From the NCBI GenBank assembly GCA_001275005.1, contig JWZX01003249.1:45721-65720 (forward strand): a DNA stretch of 20,000 bases, written 5' to 3'. Origin of the DNA: Chrysochromulina tobinii (taxonomy: Eukaryota). The notes beneath the pieces are model-generated. The model saw only the letters and a program-made list of their open reading frames with translations, was not told the DNA's origin and made no database searches. Each line of letters starts with the position of its first letter. Position 1 is the stretch's first letter. This document shows, one piece after another, positions 17,051 to 20,000 of this stretch. The position numbers and the translations under genes are program-made.

Positions 17051-18851
17051 TTAGAATCGGCTTATGTCACGTCCAAACACCAGAGACTTGAACCAGTACA
17101 TGGGCACCAGCATCATGTTGCTCCAACTGAGCTGCGGTGCGATGATGAGGGAGGCAATTAGGGAGGTCATCAGGTGCAATCAGAGGCCATCATGTTGCTC
17201 CAACTGAGCTGCGGTGCACGGCAGGGCCAGGGGCGAGCGGAGAGGAAGAGCGCTGTGGTGAGCACGGGGTGATGAGGACGGTGTGGGGCATTCCAGAGGG
17301 CGCTGTGGTGGGCGCGTTGGCTGGCAGATGGGGAGGTGTTGGAGCTGGGGTGGCGCAATCAGAGAGAGGCGTGCTCGCTACCTGCTTGGAAAGGTACCAG
17401 TGCGATGATGAGGGAGGAAATTAGGAAGGTCATCAGGTGCAATCAGAGAGAGGCGTGCTCGCTACCTGCTTGGAAAGGTACCCGCCCTTCCAGGCAAGCA
17501 TCGCAGCGAAGCCGGTGAAGGTAGACCCGCCACCGCCCACCACATCGGCCTTCGTCATGTCCACCACGCCGCCTGAAAGTCCCATCGACGCCATGGCCCC
17601 GACGCTGATGTAACGGAAGGTTGCGGACTTGGCGAAGAGAAAGCGTGGGAATGGCAGCCCAACTGGCGCGGGCACTGGCTCCGGTGGAGGTAGGTCGGCA
17701 TCACTGGAAGGGTCAAAGGTCGCATAGTGAGTGTTGAAGCAGTCAGCGAGGTACTGACCCTGCTGCTCGGCCACAGATGCGAGGGGAGGCAAGCCGCCGG
17801 CACAGTCACCGAGGGCGAAGACTCTGCCACGCAGCCCTTCCACGCGTAGGAATTCGTCCACTAGGATGCGCTTGGTGCGTGCGTGCGTGGGCAGTCCGCA
17901 GCTCTGCGTAAACTTGACTGGCGCTAGGCCAGCTGACCATACCATCGTCCCAAACGGCAGCTTGCTGCCGTCGCCCAGGTGGGCAATTGTAGTGTGCGTC
18001 CCGCACTCATCGTGTGTCTCCTCCACGCGCGTCACGGCGGTGTGCGTCCTCACGTCAATCTGCTTCCGCAGCAGTGAGGAAGTATAGTACGTCACCAGCG
18101 CCTTGTCAAAGCTGCCCAGCAGGCTGGGACCCGCCTCCACCAGAGTTACGCGCACTTTTTGCGCCAGGTCCGGGTACCACCTCGAGACGTCCTGCGTGAG
18201 GAAGTCGTGCAGCTCGGTGGTGAATTCACAAGAGGTGGGTCCGCCTCCCACGACGACAAATGAGAGCAGCCGCTCGACCGCTGCCGGCGGGAGCGTGGGA
18301 TTGGTGGCCCGCTCGAAGCACTCCAGTATCCTGCTGCGGATCTGCCTGGCGTGGAAAAGATGCTTCAGAAAGAAGACCTCCTTGCCCTCGCGCTCCGCCA
18401 CCCCGGGCGTGTTGAACGTGTTCGTCTTGCAGCCCGTCCCCACCACGAGGTAGTCGAACCCGACCTTGAATTCTGCTCCCTTGAAAATGTCCTCGCAGGT
18501 GACAGTCCGGCTGGCGAAGTCGAGGCTGCGCGCCTTTGCCTGGTAGTACTCGCCGAGGCCCTTGATGGTGCGAATGGGTTCCTGAATGGCGCGGAACTCC
18601 AACGTGCCCACTGCCGTTGAAGGGAGGAAGGAGGTGAAGAGGAAGTGGTTCGCTGGAGACACGACACGCACGTCGAAGAGTGACTTGTCCAAACAGCGGG
18701 CGAGCTTGTTTCCGCCCCAGCCCGTGCCGAGGATGAGGACACGCGGCCGGTGCATGTTAGAGCAAGAGCGGGCGTGCCGTGTGTGAACCAATGGTGTGAA
18801 CGTTAACGCGCGGATGACCGATGTGATAACCACGACAGACGCGATGACCAC
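17051..18851 (-). CDS. Type II (alternative, rotenone-insensitive) NADH:quinone oxidoreductase, NDA-like. Exon 1 from ~18851 (or ATG 18755) to 17466; exon 2 17131-17051.
   Basis: [84 protein letters not shown] phase-0 GT..AG splice joins YLSKQ to [26 protein letters not shown], the typical NDH-2 C-terminus. Confidence 0.93.
17132..17465 (-). other. 334-bp spliceosomal intron containing duplicated copies of its own donor and acceptor junctions
   Basis: Donor CAG|GTAGCG at 17465 and acceptor CCGCAG|CTC at 17132. A 44-bp duplication lies at 17355-17398/17439-17482 and a 30-bp duplication at 17111-17140/17188-17217. Confidence 0.85.
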
Positions 18852-19004
18852 GTAGCGCTGCCTGTTGCCCGCTCATGATGATAAGGTCAGCTCATTAATC
18901 GAAGGTCGCACAGCGAAGCCCATCTCCCCGTATACACCACACATTCGTAAGGTGCTTTTAAATGGCGGAACGTTTTGCGAATACGGAACGGTCCCCCCGC
19001 GACC

Positions 19005-19655
19005 TCACCTTTCATTCGCGCGGCGCAGCTCGGTCTCATCATAATACCAGCAAGTCACCGCATACCGCTCAGCATGCGCAGGGAGCACTTCATGGGGCAC
19101 GCGCGCGTCCGACCAGAAGAGCACGAGCCGGTTGCCGCACGGCGCAATGTGCCCAAGCGCCGCCGCGGCGGGCGCCGCGGCGGGCGCCGTGCCGGGCGCC
19201 GTGTTGAGCGGTGCGGGGGGGAAGAGGACCAGCTCTCCACCGTCGGCTGGGCGCCAGCGCGTGTTCAGGTACAGGATGGCGGTGAGGCGCCGCCCGTTAC
19301 ACTCGGGCCCCGCACCGTTGGCGCATGCATTGTCGCAGTGCTTCGCATAGCGAGCGCCGCCTCCCGGGTAGCACGCGATCATGGCGCGCGAGCGCTGCGT
19401 GCAGCCGTGGAGCTCGGCGGCGGCGGGCACACCACTGCCCTTGGCCAGCGCAACGAAGTGGTCGAGCAGCGCCAGGTACGCGCCGAGCATGCGCCATCCT
19501 GCCTCGGTTCCGTCAAACCAGCCGATCTGATCACCACGGCGCGATCGATCGGTTTCGTCTGAACCGGCCTGCCCTTGACGAAACATTCGACCTCGCCCGA
19601 CCAGTGCCAAGGGATTCGTCAACCGCCCATCGCCCCGCGCCGCCTGCGCCTCGGC
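19005..19655 (-). CDS. EGLN/PHD-like 2OG-Fe(II) prolyl 4-hydroxylase, probably the terminal exon (5' part outside the window or uncertain)
   Basis: RRGDQIGW, RAMIACYPGGGARYAKHCDN (HxD), RRLTAILYLN..W..DGGELVLF, PCGNRLVLFWSDARVPHEVLP (distal H), RYAVTCWYYD (2OG-binding R). The frame is open up to TGTGTAG|GCC at 19655, a plausible acceptor. Confidence 0.88.
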   Translation of the reverse strand, partial: AEAQAARGDGRLTNPLALVGRGRMFRQGQAGSDETDRSRRGDQIGWFDGTEAGWRMLGAYLALLDHFVALAKGSGVPAAAELHGCTQRSRAMIACYPGGGARYAKHCDNACANGAGPECNGRRLTAILYLNTRWRPADGGELVLFPPAPLNTAPGTAPAAAPAAAALGHIAPCGNRLVLFWSDARVPHEVLPAHAERYAVTCWYYDETELRRANER

Positions 19656-19677
19656 CTACACAGCACTAACAGCACGG

Positions 19678-19814
19678 CAAGTCAAGCCAAGCCAAGTCAA
19701 GCCAAGTCAAGCCAAGTCAAGCCAAGTCAGTCAAGTCAAGTCAAGTCAAGTCAAGTCAATTCATTTCAAGTCAAGTCAAGTCAAGTCTAGACTAGTCAAT
19801 TCAAGTCAAGTCAA
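19678..19814. repeat. Pentanucleotide microsatellite (CAAGT/CAAGC)n
   Basis: caagtcaagccaagccaagtcaag... is directly visible, with a few interruptions. Confidence 0.95.
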
Positions 19815-19844
19815 GGGGCCTCGGCCCACACAGCTCGGCACTGG

Positions 19845-20000
19845 GGCGATCAGAGGCGATCAGAGGCGATCCGAGGCCATCGGAGGCGATCAGAGGCGAT
19901 CAGAGGCGATCGGAGGCGATCAGAGGCGATCAGAGGCGATCAGAGGCGATCAGAGGCGATCAGAGGCGATCAGAGGCGATCAGAGGCGATCAGAGGCGAT
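19845..20000. repeat. 10-bp tandem repeat (GGCGATCAGA)n, running off the window end
   Basis: About 15 near-identical cagaggcgat units. Confidence 0.97.

Noticed and set aside
15711..17482. Repeat-spacer-like pattern suggesting CRISPR
   Set aside because: Eukaryotic context, few irregular copies, spacers are duplicated host exon sequence, and no cas genes.
19678..20000. Telomere
   Set aside because: The units are not TTAGGG-like, and related motifs occur internally and in probable introns.

Overview
GC-rich eukaryotic DNA, probably a flagellated alga with a secondary plastid. A haptophyte such as Chrysochromulina is my inference from the bipartite-like leaders and the GAGGCAATCA/AAGTC repeats; it is not verified. 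Gene order: intronless IFT122 (minus, stop just outside the window, missing from the ORF track); an armadillo-repeat protein; a mitochondrial-carrier-family protein with a signal-peptide-like leader; a secreted Ala/Lys-repeat + ShK + sulfotransferase-like protein; an intact 1843-aa ORF; a broken SMYD-type SET fragment; a 30-bp-stem hairpin; a two-exon type II NADH dehydrogenase; the last exon of an EGLN/PHD-like prolyl hydroxylase; and tandem repeats. Two observations stand out. First, the large ORF has every P-element/THAP9 transposase motif in order, but its catalytic core is split by two ~400-450 aa insertions, one holding Tudor-like and SAP-like modules, and a C4 Zn-finger-like motif sits where THAP normally is. 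Second, a short GCAATCAGA/TCATCAG module repeatedly sits between direct duplications of splice-junction sequence in two genes. All family calls come from motif recognition by eye, not database searches.
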